This document shows, in pieces, positions 24,835 through 37,400 of a DNA stretch of 64,000 nt; position 1 is the stretch's first letter, and the number at the start of each line of letters is the position of its first letter. The notes under the pieces are model-generated. The model had not been told where the DNA came from. It ran no database searches and was given only the letters and a program-made list of their open reading frames with translations. The position numbers were made by a program, and so were the translations under genes. The stretch comes from Xylographa opegraphella (lineage: Eukaryota): assembly GCA_022813865.1 (NCBI GenBank), contig JALDZX010000006.1, positions 434,001-498,000 on the forward strand, given 5' to 3'.

Positions 24835-26063
24835 CTACAAGTCATGTGCGAAAGCTTTCTCGAGGTCGAATCTTCCCTCCTCTTTCTCGAATACACCGAC
24901 TTCAGTGACAATGCCATCGATCAGATCGGCCGGGGTGACATCGAAGCCAGGATTCCACGCTTGAGTACCCATCGCCGCAATGCTGACTTCCTCAACGACC
25001 GTCGTGTCCACTGTAGGCTCTCCGCCCCTGTCAGTTCTCGTTCGTGGGCCTTTCATCACCGTCATTTCTCGAGAAGGTCGTTCTTCGATAGTAATCTCCT
25101 CCCCCGTGCTCGTACCCAGGTCAATCGTAGTTCGCGGTGCTGCCACCAGGAATTTGACTCCATGGTGCTTGGCCAAGATGGCCAATGCATACGTGCCTAT
25201 CTTGTTGGCCGTGTCTCCGTTCGCCGCCACTCTATCAGCACCAACGATGATCGCCACGATGTTTTGCCTTTCTCCTTTCAGACGCAATAGGGCCGCTGCC
25301 ATCGAATCTGTAATCAAGGTACAGGGGATATTGTCATGTAGCAGCTCGTACCCTGTCAAGCGAGAGCCCTGGTTGTAGGGCCTCGTCTCCGTATAGTAAG
25401 CGCATTTCAGTCTGTGTGACTTGTCCAGTGATCGGACAACGCCCAACGCGGTACCGTATCCCGCAGTTGCCAACGAGCTTTTGAAATCGGTCATGTCAGT
25501 TCGAGGAAGGATCCAGCACGGATGGATGGTGATGAAGCATACCCTGTATTGCAGTGCGTCAACACGCTGACCTGTCGGCCGCCCTCCGCCTCCGAGAGCT
25601 TCAGGATCCAATTTGCACCGAAGGAGCCGATTCTCTGATTGTCTTGTACATCATCGGCCAACATCTCCTGAGCTGCGGCGATGTAGCTGTCTTCGACGAG
25701 TCCACCCTGGCACCCTTGGCTTGCAGCGGCTACCTCCGTTATACGCTTCTCGAGCTTCCGGGCCGCGTCGGCAAGGTTGACCGCCGTGGGTCTGCTTGTC
25801 ACCAGGTATTCTAGTTGCTTGACGATGTACTCTTTAGTTTGGTGGCTGCTGCCGTGAGAGTTCTTCTTGTTGTATAGTTCAACGGCAAGAGTAAGAGCGG
25901 CCACGATGGCTATGGCGGGTGCGCCTCGCACTCGCATATCCTTGATGGCATGCCATGCGTCTTCGACGTTGGTGATGTTCTGGTACACCTCCTTGTGAGG
26001 CAATTGCAGTTGGTCTAGAATCTGGAGACTCCCAGGGCTATATTTGATAGCTTGGAGGACCAT
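24835..26063 (-). CDS. MRI1: Methylthioribose-1-phosphate isomerase
   Basis: [59 protein letters not shown] and [18 protein letters not shown]. Confidence 0.96.
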
Positions 26064-26404
26064 GGCAGACTCATATAAAGGAAGGAGAAAAAAGTAAAAC
26101 AATAAATCGTCAAACGTGTTACAGTACAAAGTTTGTCACAGTTTACAGATACAAAGGGTGTTTTATGCAATGTTATTCAACCACAATGTTTACGCAACTA
26201 ATTGAAAATCAACCTTGGGTATCCTTGAGATATGCGATGGAGGAGTTTCGTGATAATAAAAAAATTCTATGTGGATTTACAATTGTCGCGAGTACTAGTG
26301 GCGAAACAAGTGAGCTAGTCCCAAAACGTAGTCCCGAAACCCTAACTACAAGCTAGTGACCACAACGTTCAACCTATTACCACCCAAGTTCCAAAGCAAG
26401 CAAG

Positions 26405-27430
26405 CTATCGCGCCAGAGCCCACTCGCTATGGGCCAGAATCCTCACGATCTCCACCTTCGCCTCCTCACACAACATCCAGCTCGTCAGATCCAGTGCCGC
26501 AATCAAGACCTTGAAAATATCCTCCTTCGACGCGATGCCCAGCTCTCCCCTCGCCGCCCTCGTGACTTTCTCGCCCCAAGAATAGATATTCCCCATTCGG
26601 TACACGGCCTCTAGTTCCTGCGCCGGTCCTTCCGCCCGTTCCCACACGTTACGCGCAATATCGGACAGATAGGAGGCCAGTGAGTGCTGAGGCAGTGAGA
26701 GGATGCGTCCAGTAGGATAGGGGAGCGACTCGCGTTGGTTGCGTCGGAGGCGAGGACTCCGGAGTACGAGTGGCTTGAAGAAAGAGGAGTCGCACTGACT
26801 GCGCCAGTAGGTTTGGACGGCGGCGCTGCAGATACGCTCAATGCTCTGAAAGAGTTCGATCTGACGGTGGTAGCGGTGGACTATCTCTGGCGAGATGATT
26901 TCCGTCTCCACTGAGCTTATGCTTGATGGAGACATCATCTCGGTATACTCATGCTGGTGTAGATTGTCTTGGTTCGGAGAGCCTTCGCCCGTAAATGATA
27001 TCGGGGTGTCGGGATCGTCTTCTACAGTTGCTTGGATATCAGGATACTTTTGTCCATTCTGTTGGGAAATTTCTTCAAGATTCGTTCTGTCATCCCCATG
27101 GCTCTCTTTTTGGCTATGTTCCAGCTGCTCGCGATCCCAATCCTGCGCGGAATGACTGACTGGTGACATAGGAATCGGAGGAACCATCAAATCTGTCGAG
27201 AGAGGCCGTCGTAGGTGATAGCGTTGCTCTCTATTTGAGACCGGCTTCGTAAACTTATTTGTCTCTTGTAGGCCAGTTGAACAGCACCGGGAAGTTTTAT
27301 TGTTGGTTCTTCTTGGGGCGAGGCTGGGTTGGGGAGCGGATTTTTGTAGACTTCCTATGACAAGATGTTGCCCTGATGATGCGGCTGAGTATTCTTCGCA
27401 TACCGGTTTTCCAGCTTGAAGATTCGTCAT
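26405..27430 (-). CDS. Hypothetical protein (341 aa)
   Basis: Long single ORF filling the gap between MRI1 and ARC40. Helical-looking C-terminal half, no recognised domain. Confidence 0.55.
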   Translation of the reverse strand: MTNLQAGKPVCEEYSAASSGQHLVIGSLQKSAPQPSLAPRRTNNKTSRCCSTGLQETNKFTKPVSNREQRYHLRRPLSTDLMVPPIPMSPVSHSAQDWDREQLEHSQKESHGDDRTNLEEISQQNGQKYPDIQATVEDDPDTPISFTGEGSPNQDNLHQHEYTEMMSPSSISSVETEIISPEIVHRYHRQIELFQSIERICSAAVQTYWRSQCDSSFFKPLVLRSPRLRRNQRESLPYPTGRILSLPQHSLASYLSDIARNVWERAEGPAQELEAVYRMGNIYSWGEKVTRAARGELGIASKEDIFKVLIAALDLTSWMLCEEAKVEIVRILAHSEWALAR

Positions 27431-27878
27431 CCTGAAGGAGGTGCCTAATTAAAACAACAAAACAACTTTCCTCAAGAGCAGAAGTAGTCGAGCCAAGACG
27501 AAGACAGAAGTTAGCTACAATGGTAATTCTGTTGTAGAAATCAGGAAGTAGTACAAATATATAGCATGTAGCACAATAAAAGAGGGCTTGTCGCGAGTTC
27601 CAGCTAAGATGTTCTAGAAGATTGACACAAAGAACAATGCTAGACATTCAACGAGCTCATTGAAACCGTCTATCCTTGCCGCCTAAATACAAGATCACGT
27701 TGCAAAGCATGAGGATTCAGCATCCAGAGTTCAAATATTCCATCAATCCCGTCAGTCTGCATTTAACATTGCGGAAACTGCAAGATTGATGGTATAATTC
27801 GTGTCTACACGATATCTGCTTGACAAGCTCCGCTTACTTGCATAGCCCATGCAGCTTCGTGGTGGTAATTCGTAATCA

Positions 27879-29165
27879 TTATACAGACCATATAACCACT
27901 CTTCCATCGACGCCGCTTGCTATCTGATCTCAGCATCTGATAGTAGGGTAGAATCTTGGGATCTAGGGATATTAAGATAACTTACTGCTGAACTTCTTAA
28001 CGGCACCGCCGGACTCATCGTAAGCACGGACAGTAGCAATGGTATTCTGGTGGACAGTCTTGAGCTGGGTATCATCTTTAGCTTTCCCTTTCAGATCCAT
28101 TTGTCGAAACATATTTAAGGCGGATTCTTCTCGTTGGGCGCCTAGCCCTGGCCGTCCCTTGGTCTCCATAGAACCCACAATCTGCCAGCCTTCCTCGCTT
28201 CCTTGTAGCCGGTAGGCTTCACAGTCCTATTGAAGATCAGAACGCTTAGATGACCTGTGGACTCTGAAGCTCATACATATCCTGCGGCAATGATCTCACT
28301 TTCGCCATTCCATATCAAGCTCATAAATGGTAATAGCTGAGTGCTAACACTCACGACAGCCTTAGGCGGCTGGTCTGGGCTACTTGGATAGACCACAGTG
28401 ATGCTGCTGTCATGGGCTGTAAACGCAAGGGTATCACCGCTTGGCGAAAATGCACACCCGTGCACCCAGCCAGCAGCATTGTTGAGGTACTCTCCACAAA
28501 CAGTATTGAACGGTAACCTTTCACCCCACACAGTAGCTTCGGGTCTTTCGTCCACGCCCTTGATAAAACTTGAAAACACCCTGCAATGCGCATCGGTGGA
28601 CCCAGCGGCGAGAAGAACAGAATTTGGATGCCATGCAACCGAGGTGATTGTGCTTCGAATTGGTTTCTTTAAGTGTTTCGACACCCACCAGTCGTTCTCT
28701 TCTTCGAAATAGCAGACCGCAATCACCCTGGCGCCAGAACCTACAGCAAACTTGCTTCCTGATGGAGACCATCGCACAAACGTTGCCGCTCGATTGATTC
28801 TCAGAAGAACTAAAGTCGGCTTCCACCCAGATGGCGATGGCTCCCAGACGTAAGCATTTCGATCTATAGATACCAATCTTAGCACTCGGTCATAATACAG
28901 TGTCTAGGTTACTGCATCGATAGCAGAGGAATACGTGTGTACCTTGAGAGCAAGTAACGATTCTCCCAGTGCCGGGCGCAATATCTACCCCTGTTACGGT
29001 TTTATCATGGCCCTTGAGCTCGTCCTGGAGGGTGAATTTATTTCCAGAGCGATGATAGAGCTCGATGTTGATGTCTCGTGCCACAGCTAATGTTTGATGA
29101 TCGGCGGAAAATGAATGGTCAGCAATTGGATGGTGGAACAAGTGATGTACTTCAGGTGAAGACAT
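27879..29165 (-). CDS. ARC40: Arp2/3 complex 41-kDa WD40 subunit (ARPC1)
   Basis: HDKTVTGVDIAP..RIVTCSQ|DRNAYVW, WKPTLVLLRINRAATFVRWSP, CYFEEENDWWVSKHLKKPIRST and final SGVDGRVVIWSV*. Confidence 0.96.
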
Positions 29166-29454
29166 GGTTACTATAAGGGCCAGGACCAACGATAGGAGTA
29201 GCTCTCCACTATCGTTTCTATCTTAAGGTCAAGGATCTGCGAGGGGAGTGTTTGCCAAAGGGACGTTTCGATAAAATCATAGGGCTGTATGTAGGGCTAG
29301 GTACCTAGCAAGCAATTTCTTAGCCCTCAAACGACATGATACTACGGTATTATCCCAAGTCTACCTCTATACAGGAATCCTAAGCTGTGAACCTTGACCA
29401 TTTCGATCTTCCAACGCTCCTCAGAGGAACGCCCCGCTAAAAATTCTGAGTACA

Positions 29455-30204
29455 ATGGCAGCGAAATCCATGCCCACTCACAACGGACCTCCTCAGAAGA
29501 CAAATGCAACAACCGGAGCTCCAAACCAGGCGTAATTCATCAGACCATTGATATATTGTCCTTCGCTAACAAGTTTCTAGTTTGTACATCGCGAACCTTC
29601 CTGATAAGATACAAAAGCAAGATCTGCGATTATCACTTTATACTCTATTCTCGACTTATGGTCCAGTCCTTGATGTTGTAGCTCTAAAGACCTCCAAGAT
29701 GCGTGGCCAGGCACACATTGTTTACCGTGACATCCAAGCCAGTACGCAGGCAATGAGGGCTCTACAAGGATTTGACTTCTTCGGGAAAGAGATGGTAAGT
29801 TTTTTGGTTCATTTATGCCAAATTTTGCTCTGACAGAGATGATGCTTGTCCAGAAAATTCAGTATGCAAAAGGGAGATCGAACGTATTCACCAAGCTTGA
29901 AGGGGTCTATCGACCCCCTACAGTAGCCGCCCCGGCTCTAGGGGCGACCGAGTTGCAACAGTTCATTTTCAATGCTCCTCCATCTTCCGTCCCTGCTGCT
30001 GCACCCGCAGCAGCACCAGCGGCGACTGGAGGTTCAGCAGTTGTCCCTAAAGCTGCAGAGAACACTACAAATGGAGTGAAGGCTGAAAGTGAGGTGCCAC
30101 AGGGCACCAAAAGAAGAAGAACCGACGAAAGCGACGAAGATGCACCAATGGAGGAGGATGACGACGATGATGTGTCCATGGAGGCCTCCTCCGAGGAAGA
30201 ATAA
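29455..30204 (+). CDS. MSL1: U2 snRNP B''/U1A-type single-RRM protein (3 exons)
   Basis: PNQ|LYIANLPDKIQKQDLRLSLYTLFSTYGPVLDVVALKTSKMRGQAHIVY...FFGKEM|KIQYAKGRS. Introns 29532-29580 and 29795-29853. Confidence 0.88.
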
Positions 30205-30379
30205 CCCATGTGATGGTTCTCGATCCTGGAGACACGGATCTTGCTGGAAGTCAATGTCTTTGGCAATTACACATAAGTCAGCTCGACCGACGACTGGCTT
30301 ATCATGCCGAAGTCTTCCGTGCAATGCTCAGATATAGTTATTCGAAGCACGGTCGAGGTAATTAGTGATTTCTCCGTTT

Positions 30380-31213
30380 CTAACATGACCCTACGGCCAA
30401 CTCTTTAGGCAGATACAACCCGACACACCCTCCTACCAAACCGATCCACAATTGCAAGTACTCGATGTGCGAGATCTTCCTCGAACCAATCAATTCTTCC
30501 ATAGCATGTGCCGTGTTACATGGATGGATGAAGTAGCACGGTACATCAGTGACTGGGTGATTCTGAGATTTGTTAGTGTTCAGTTGCAAGGTCTGGAAGG
30601 CCTCGCTTACGGTCATGCTGAGACCACCCATGACACCTATCGTGGACAGCTCTTGTTGCGAGCTTTCAGGCACAAGATATTGATAGGCTAAATGTAGACC
30701 TTTCAATCCATCTGGTGGGATCCCGCACAAGCAAATGTAGAGCACGGGGACACGATACGTGGGGGAAAGCAAGATGCTGAAGCTTGCCGTGATGATCTGG
30801 CTGGGAGACTCCGCGTGGTGAAATGCCATCTACTTCAATCAATAAAATTGATAAACATAAGTTATTCAGAAAGTTGACATCATCGTCCTCATCTATCTCT
30901 TCTACATTCTCCGCATTAGAAGTGTCTTTCCAAAATTCTGACTCGTTGGGAGGTTCTCTCGTATCGAGTACAGCCTTGTGCTCTCGAAGCTGCTGCAGTA
31001 TTGTGACATAGACTTGTTCGCCCTACATTGTTCTTCAATTTAATCACAGACCTCCAATGTATAATGTACTTGATCCGAGCCTACAGAAAGTAAATCCACT
31101 TCCTTGTGGATTGCCATTGCGAAGTCTGATCCCCGCTTCTGCTGACATCGTGCAACTAACTCGTTGCAGGCAAGGTTGAAGTCTTCTTGTGACAGGAAAG
31201 GAAGATGCTCCAT
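30380..31213 (-). CDS. ATG10: Atg10-like ubiquitin-like conjugating enzyme
   Basis: PFLSQEDFNLAC N-terminus, FSILLSPTYRVPVLY, HPVTDVPCYFIHPCNTAHAM (catalytic HPC) and YLQLWIGLVGGCVGL. Confidence 0.85.
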
Positions 31214-31497
31214 TCCTGTTACATAGATCCATAGAAAATTAGCTCTCAATGCTCAGGCAACATACTGATACGCTTAGGGGATACTATATGATTTCTCTGA
31301 AATCGATAAAGTGGGTTCTCTGTACCGTAGTCCAAGGTAGGCAGTTCTGCAGGGGCATTGACTGATTGTGTGACTGAGCTTGTCGCTGGCCTATGATTTC
31401 GCAGAGGTTGTGTCGCCAGTTTATACATTCAACCCCAGCAACTACAACCACCATGGAATATATACTATAGTCTATTTACAATACCCCATTCCACTAT

Positions 31498-33462
31498 TCA
31501 CACTCTCCATCTTGGCTCGCCGACCGCCTTCCCCAGCACCACTTTACCTTCTCTATCCACTTCAGCCACAGGATTCACATAGTGATTTCACCATCCCAGC
31601 ACCGCTCTAAGCCAGTGCAGCTGATTGCTCGGCTTCTGAACAAGGTGGCCCTCGTCCGGAAAGCTGAGGAAGCGACTCTCCACACCGCGTTCTTGCAGGA
31701 TGTGGAAAGCCGCCAGACTTTCAGAGATCGGAATACTAAGTCGAGCTCATTAGCGATGATCAGGTGAGGAGTGGTCGAGTTCGAAACATGTCGAGCCGGG
31801 ACCCATCGCTCGTAATTCTCTCGGGCTCCATATATGGTGCCATTGAATTCATCTGCTTGAAACCTATGCACATTTTCCTCAGTGCTGAAGCGTCTGAGAG
31901 GCGAGGTCAGATTTACCAGGAGCTATCTTGAGTATACATATTGAGGGTGCTGAAGGTTCTACAATCAGCCACAAGGGCCTTGAACTCCTTGCCGAGCGAA
32001 TGACCGGCAATCCAGTTTGTTAGCTATCCGCCATAGCTGATCCCTAATGCGACCGCGCTTCTGGTGTCTACAAAATCGAGCTCATTTTTGACGAATGCAA
32101 GCCCGTGGACTAAGTCCTCATAAGCGTGACCTCCCCAGTTGGTGTGGGCACGCTCAGCAGAATCTTCACCGAAGCCTGGCGACCCTGTAATGTTGAGTGC
32201 GAAGACAACATATCCTTTTTCTGCAAACACCACGAGATTCCCTGTATCACCCCACCAGTGATCATTCCAGGCATTAGATGGACCACCGTGGATAGCATAA
32301 AGTAATGGGTATTTCTTTGAGGCATTAAGATCTCTTGGCTTGATGACCCAAGCTTGGATCTCGAGAGTTTCCGCGCCCAGAAAATGTACTTCTTCAACTT
32401 GAGAAGAGCATAATCTGAAGGTCGTTCGCATGCTATCAGCGATGAGGTAGCTTTTGGATTTTTCTGGAGTTGGGTCAAGGATTTCGTAGATATTATCATC
32501 GATCAAGCTGCTATTGGTCACCAAAAGCATGTTTTCTCCGGCTATGTCAGAGGCGAATGGATAGATTGCTTCAATGCTGCCTTGGTTCAAAACAGGTGAT
32601 GGTATATTGTCGAGGGAAGAGGGTAGAATCGGCAGTGTAAACAAAAGAGAAATCTAGGTCAGTCCCTTCTAGTAGGTTGATCGCTCCATCTGAGAGTTTA
32701 TATCGTCCATTGTCTATTGACTCCACTACGAGCGTTGCATACCAGATGGTTTCCCGCTGTGGCGTCAACCATCTGTCATACTCACGAACCGGCATTGACC
32801 TGTATTCTCTTCCTGTCGAATAGCTCTTCGGCGCCATCTTTGGATTGTTGAGTATGCCGTGTGGAGTCAACTCGCCAACTACCATGACCGCAAGAAGTTT
32901 GTCATTTGTTGTTACGATCTTGAGACTCTTGACTGGGCCTTCATATTTCCCTGCCTCATAACACCTGAATTTGAAATTCAAAACATCAGTCTTGATTCAA
33001 AGCTCCTGGAATATTAGAATGAAATAGAAGGATCTTCGAAAATTGATACAGTGGAACTTTAAAGTATCATAATACGTGGTAGCTCAAAGACAAAGCCATG
33101 GCCTACCCTTGCTTTAAATCCGCACCATCTTCGATGAGTAGTCGTGTAGTTCCATCATCTTCTCTTTGCAAAGCTCCGATCAAGCTAGTTTCGCCTTTCC
33201 AGATAACGTCTTGTACATTATCATCACCTGTGAACAACAACGTCTCTCTTGTTCGCAGATTTAATATTATGTGCTGAACCCTGGACGATTGTGAGTAGGG
33301 ATCATAAGTGGATTGCTTGTAGATTGCTAAGGTGCCGTTCGAGTTCGGCACCGCTGGAGTCTCCTAGGTGAGGTAACGTATGCCCCACTGGACGTCAATT
33401 CTGCTACAGATTAGTATCCTCGTTTATCACTCAGGAGTCAACGATTTGATTAGAGAGGTCAT
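31498..33462 (-). pseudogene. dpp5: Dipeptidyl-peptidase V (S9 family) pseudogene
   Basis: S9 motifs IHGGP, N.TGS.GFG, WGG.AY.DL, GISYGG and FPDEGH are present. The frame is broken by TAG at 32024-32026 right after GxSxGG, a frameshift after ELD (~31738), TGA at 31588-31590, and further frame breaks near 33360 and 32650. Confidence 0.85.
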
Positions 33463-34417
33463 TTTGATGAGAAGAGTAACACTAGAACAGCTTGAATCAT
33501 TAACAGCTAGGAGAAGAGCAGTGGGTACAAGAAATTCAGTCTCACTCTGTAATTCACACGGCAAATCAGCGATAGACCCAAAATCAAACAGTTGAAATTT
33601 GTCCCATATTCACAATATATCGTAACATATGTTGACGTGTGGTACTAACAACATACAACCCGGCGTCCCGGAATTACCTCCGCTGATCGATATGCTGTGT
33701 CAAAATAGGTTTCCCAAAATAGAACACGAAGTTAAAAGATCCTCAGCGTTTGCCGCTCAGAGATCGTCGCTGATGTGGCTGATTGCAGATCCTTTTGCGT
33801 GCCTGCGTGTGGCATTAGGGGTATGATTTTCAGGCAATCACGGACTCACCTTGCAGAGACATACGGAGTGCACTGTTCGATTACGCGCAATATGTACGGA
33901 GCTAGAGCAGAGCCAATTACGAGTCCAAACATATCGTTATGATACTCCAGAAGCGGGTGGCGAAACAAACAAACCCGTTGCTGGGAAAGAGGTTGGTCCT
34001 TGCCCGCCGGGAACATAACCGAGCGACAGGCCGGAAGAGGCCTGGAACCGAGTTAGCCTGCAGCAAGCCTGCTTCGCATGACGACTGATCGCCAAGCAGT
34101 GTGGCTGGTGCATGGGGCTCATCTTCCAAACAAGGGCCCTGTCCCCGGCCAACAGGAACCCGTTCACTCGACCAACCTCCCCGGTGAATGTCGTTCTTGC
34201 CCATCTCTGCTCTCGTCTTTCTTTACTCACAAAGGTATCGATACCTCAATCTCACTCTTTCGTGCGCCGTGGCACCTGCTACATACTTTTAGAGCTCTGG
34301 CATATTACTACTTTGACGAGTTCTCGCGATATAAACAAGCGTCGCAGGGTGAAACAATGGAGGACTCTGGATCTCAATGACTTTGATCGGATGATTTGAA
34401 TTTACGAACCTACAACC

Positions 34418-37400
34418 ATGTTTGCTCAACCAAGTCCTTCGGGGGAGATGAGCAGCCTTTCCATACCTTTGGACTCGAAACGGGCTCACCGGCTGTCGAA
34501 GCCTCGTACCATTACCGGCTCGTCAAGTTCTCTCACCTTGAAAAGCGTCGGCAGTGAAACCGATTTGGATTCTCCCAATTCGCAGAAATCTACACCTGGT
34601 GACAAGAGCAATGTGGTGGTCATATCGCCTGGAGGAGACTGTCGAAGTCGTCGTGATTCTCGACAGAGAATAAGAGCACATCTCTTTGGGTCGAGTCAAG
34701 AATCTCTCCATCCGGACTCGGAAGAAGACAACGACAACAAGAAGGGCTTTGCTGATACGGCACGTGGGGTTCGCGACCGGCTCTCAAGGACTGGTACAAT
34801 GGTTACCCGGAGGGCGAGTCTGCGAATGTCGATAACACCTCTCAACACATCCCAATCACGCCTTTCTCTGGTACCGGAATCGTCCTTAAACGACTTGGAA
34901 GATAGTGAACGGATCTTTGATCAAATTAAAGAAAAGGCTTTCTACGATAATTTGGCTGCAATGAACCATGTTTCTTCGCCAATTGATGAGGACATGCACG
35001 TGGATGCTATTGCATCCCCAATTCGAAGGCGTTCGCTCTTTACACCTGGTCTTGCGACGAGAGTTCCGGATGACATTTTAAGGAAACCGCCTCCCCCACA
35101 ACGCATACAAAGTGAGACGGACCGTGATTATTACTATAATCCAAATCGGCCCGAGTCCTCACCATTAGCCAAGCTTGCCGCACTGGGACTGGCACATCAG
35201 GATAGATCCTCGCCAGTACCAAGGGCTTCAACTCCATCAGACATGGATTACGCGCATCTTGGAGGTCTTAGATTAGGAACGCTAAGAATCACCAATGGTA
35301 ACAACTCGCCTATCCCACGAATACGTTCACCTTCCATCTCTGGTGCGGCACCTCTTTCTCTTACCAGTTGTGAGGAAGATTACTTCAGTAGGGCCATACC
35401 GAGGTACGATAACAATGACAAACAGCCAAAGCCAGGTTCCAGAGACAATCATTTCCGCCGCATAGGAGATGAAACTGCTGTTGATCTATCGGCCCAGGAA
35501 AGCAAACGCTTCGCAGAGATAGACACATTTCTTCGTTCAGCCATGCCGAAAACAAGCACGAACCCAGATCGATACAACAACGGTTCACTAAAACAACAAG
35601 CCGGGGGACTGTTGGCACTGGATCATGAGAGGACATCTCGCAAGGCTTTGGAGCGTGTTGGCCATCTGTCACTGCAGCCTATTGATACTCGCGATCGGAC
35701 ATCAAGCCTGGCTCAGGACTACATGTCAGAACTACCCGATAGCCCCTTCGTTATCACCAATAACCTGCATGCCAAGCCCTCATTCCTAATGTTCACCTCC
35801 AAGAGAAACGAATTCGAAGACAAGCTTTTTGACGACGATGCTTCAGCCGGTTCTAATACTTCAGATAGATGTCCCGTACCATGTCGAGACAGTTCAAAAA
35901 TCCCGCAAGACACCAACGAATTGCTGGATGTCCAGAACAACAGTCTCCCCGCCGTTGGCAGTACAAAAAGTGACTTGCAACCTGCTAGCCTCAACGCAAA
36001 CCCTGAGAAATCTGACGATCCCGCTCCAGTGGGCGGATATTTATCATCTAGTTCTGATACCAAAGCGGACAGTGGCTATGATTCCAGCGCGTCTTCGAAA
36101 TCAGTCAGGGGGAAAGCATTACCTTCTAAAGATCGTACTGGCACTCTTCAGCCAGTACTGAAATCGTCACTGAAGGCTCCACGCAGCCCATCTGGCCCTC
36201 GCAACATGCCTCCAAGGCCATCCAGTGTCTCTCCGTCAGCTCGTTCATTGCTACTCACCCTTCCTATCTCCGGAGGTGGCGTATCGAAACCCTCAGTGTC
36301 GTCAGCTGAGACAATCTCGAATATAGCATCCTCGACTGGTACACCACCCCAGATTTCATCTCATCCACGCAAGCTCAAGAAGTCACGACCAGTGTCCCTA
36401 CCTCCACCGTCAATTCGTATTACTGTGCAAACAACATGTCGAGATATTGACCGCAACAGTATTCCTCCTGTCTCTGCTGAAATTGCTGCGAAGCATGCGG
36501 AGCGGTTACAAAACTTTCCACTCTTGGACCATACGTTTGCAAGCTCTAGTCATACAGGCATTGATAGTGCGTCTTCAAGTCCGGAGGTCGCTTTTGTTCC
36601 CATCAGATTTCCATCTCCAACGATAGACTTAGGCGATGAAGAGACCTCTTATTCAGATTCAAAGTCAACGAGGAGGTTTTCTTCAACAAGAAGTCGTCGT
36701 GTATCTTTCATTCGACGCAACCATTCTTATCCTGCTCCAACCGTGGAATCTCAGCCCAATTACCATCGATTACCCACCGATTTCTCTATGGCAGATTTTG
36801 GCGACGTAACTGCAGCTCTAGGGGGCAGTCCTTATGATGCAGCGAGGTCTACTGTGTTTGTCGATTATAAACAGACTTCTAGAACGCCTCCCCCATACTA
36901 TACGACGACCGCAGTTCCGAAAGTCAAGGTTGGAATGGGTGCTGAACAAGCAGCAGAATTCGCCAGACTGAGAAGCCAGTACAGAAGTCAACGATTATCC
37001 AGGCTGCAGCTTGAGTCTATGCCAAACACGTTGAATAACCCTTGCGAAGATGAACGGAGACCGACGAACATGATCATGGATCTGTCGTCGGTTCCGGCAA
37101 TGCCCGCTCTGCCACTGAAGAATATGTTGCTATCAAGAAACTCGTTCAATGATCGTGGTGGTATCCCCGGAAAAATGCCAAGACACAAAAGTTCTAATGC
37201 TCCTCCCATGCCACCATTGCCTGGCATAGTGCGAGTTCAGAACAAAGAGCAGAAAGTGCGTCCAGAATTCAGCAGTACTGCTCGGACTACAATAGATACG
37301 ACAGTGTCCAATCTCCTTTCTACCACACAAGAAATGAACAAGCTACGACAATCCCAGAAATATGAGGCGGATCCTTGGGTTGTCCAGCGTCAAGCTTGGG

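Noticed and set aside
31498..33462. DPP gene as Ste13 for pheromone maturation, or its TAG as an A-to-I-corrected stop
   Set aside because: It is DPP5-type, not the membrane DPP-IV/Ste13 type, and additional frameshifts make rescue by editing implausible.
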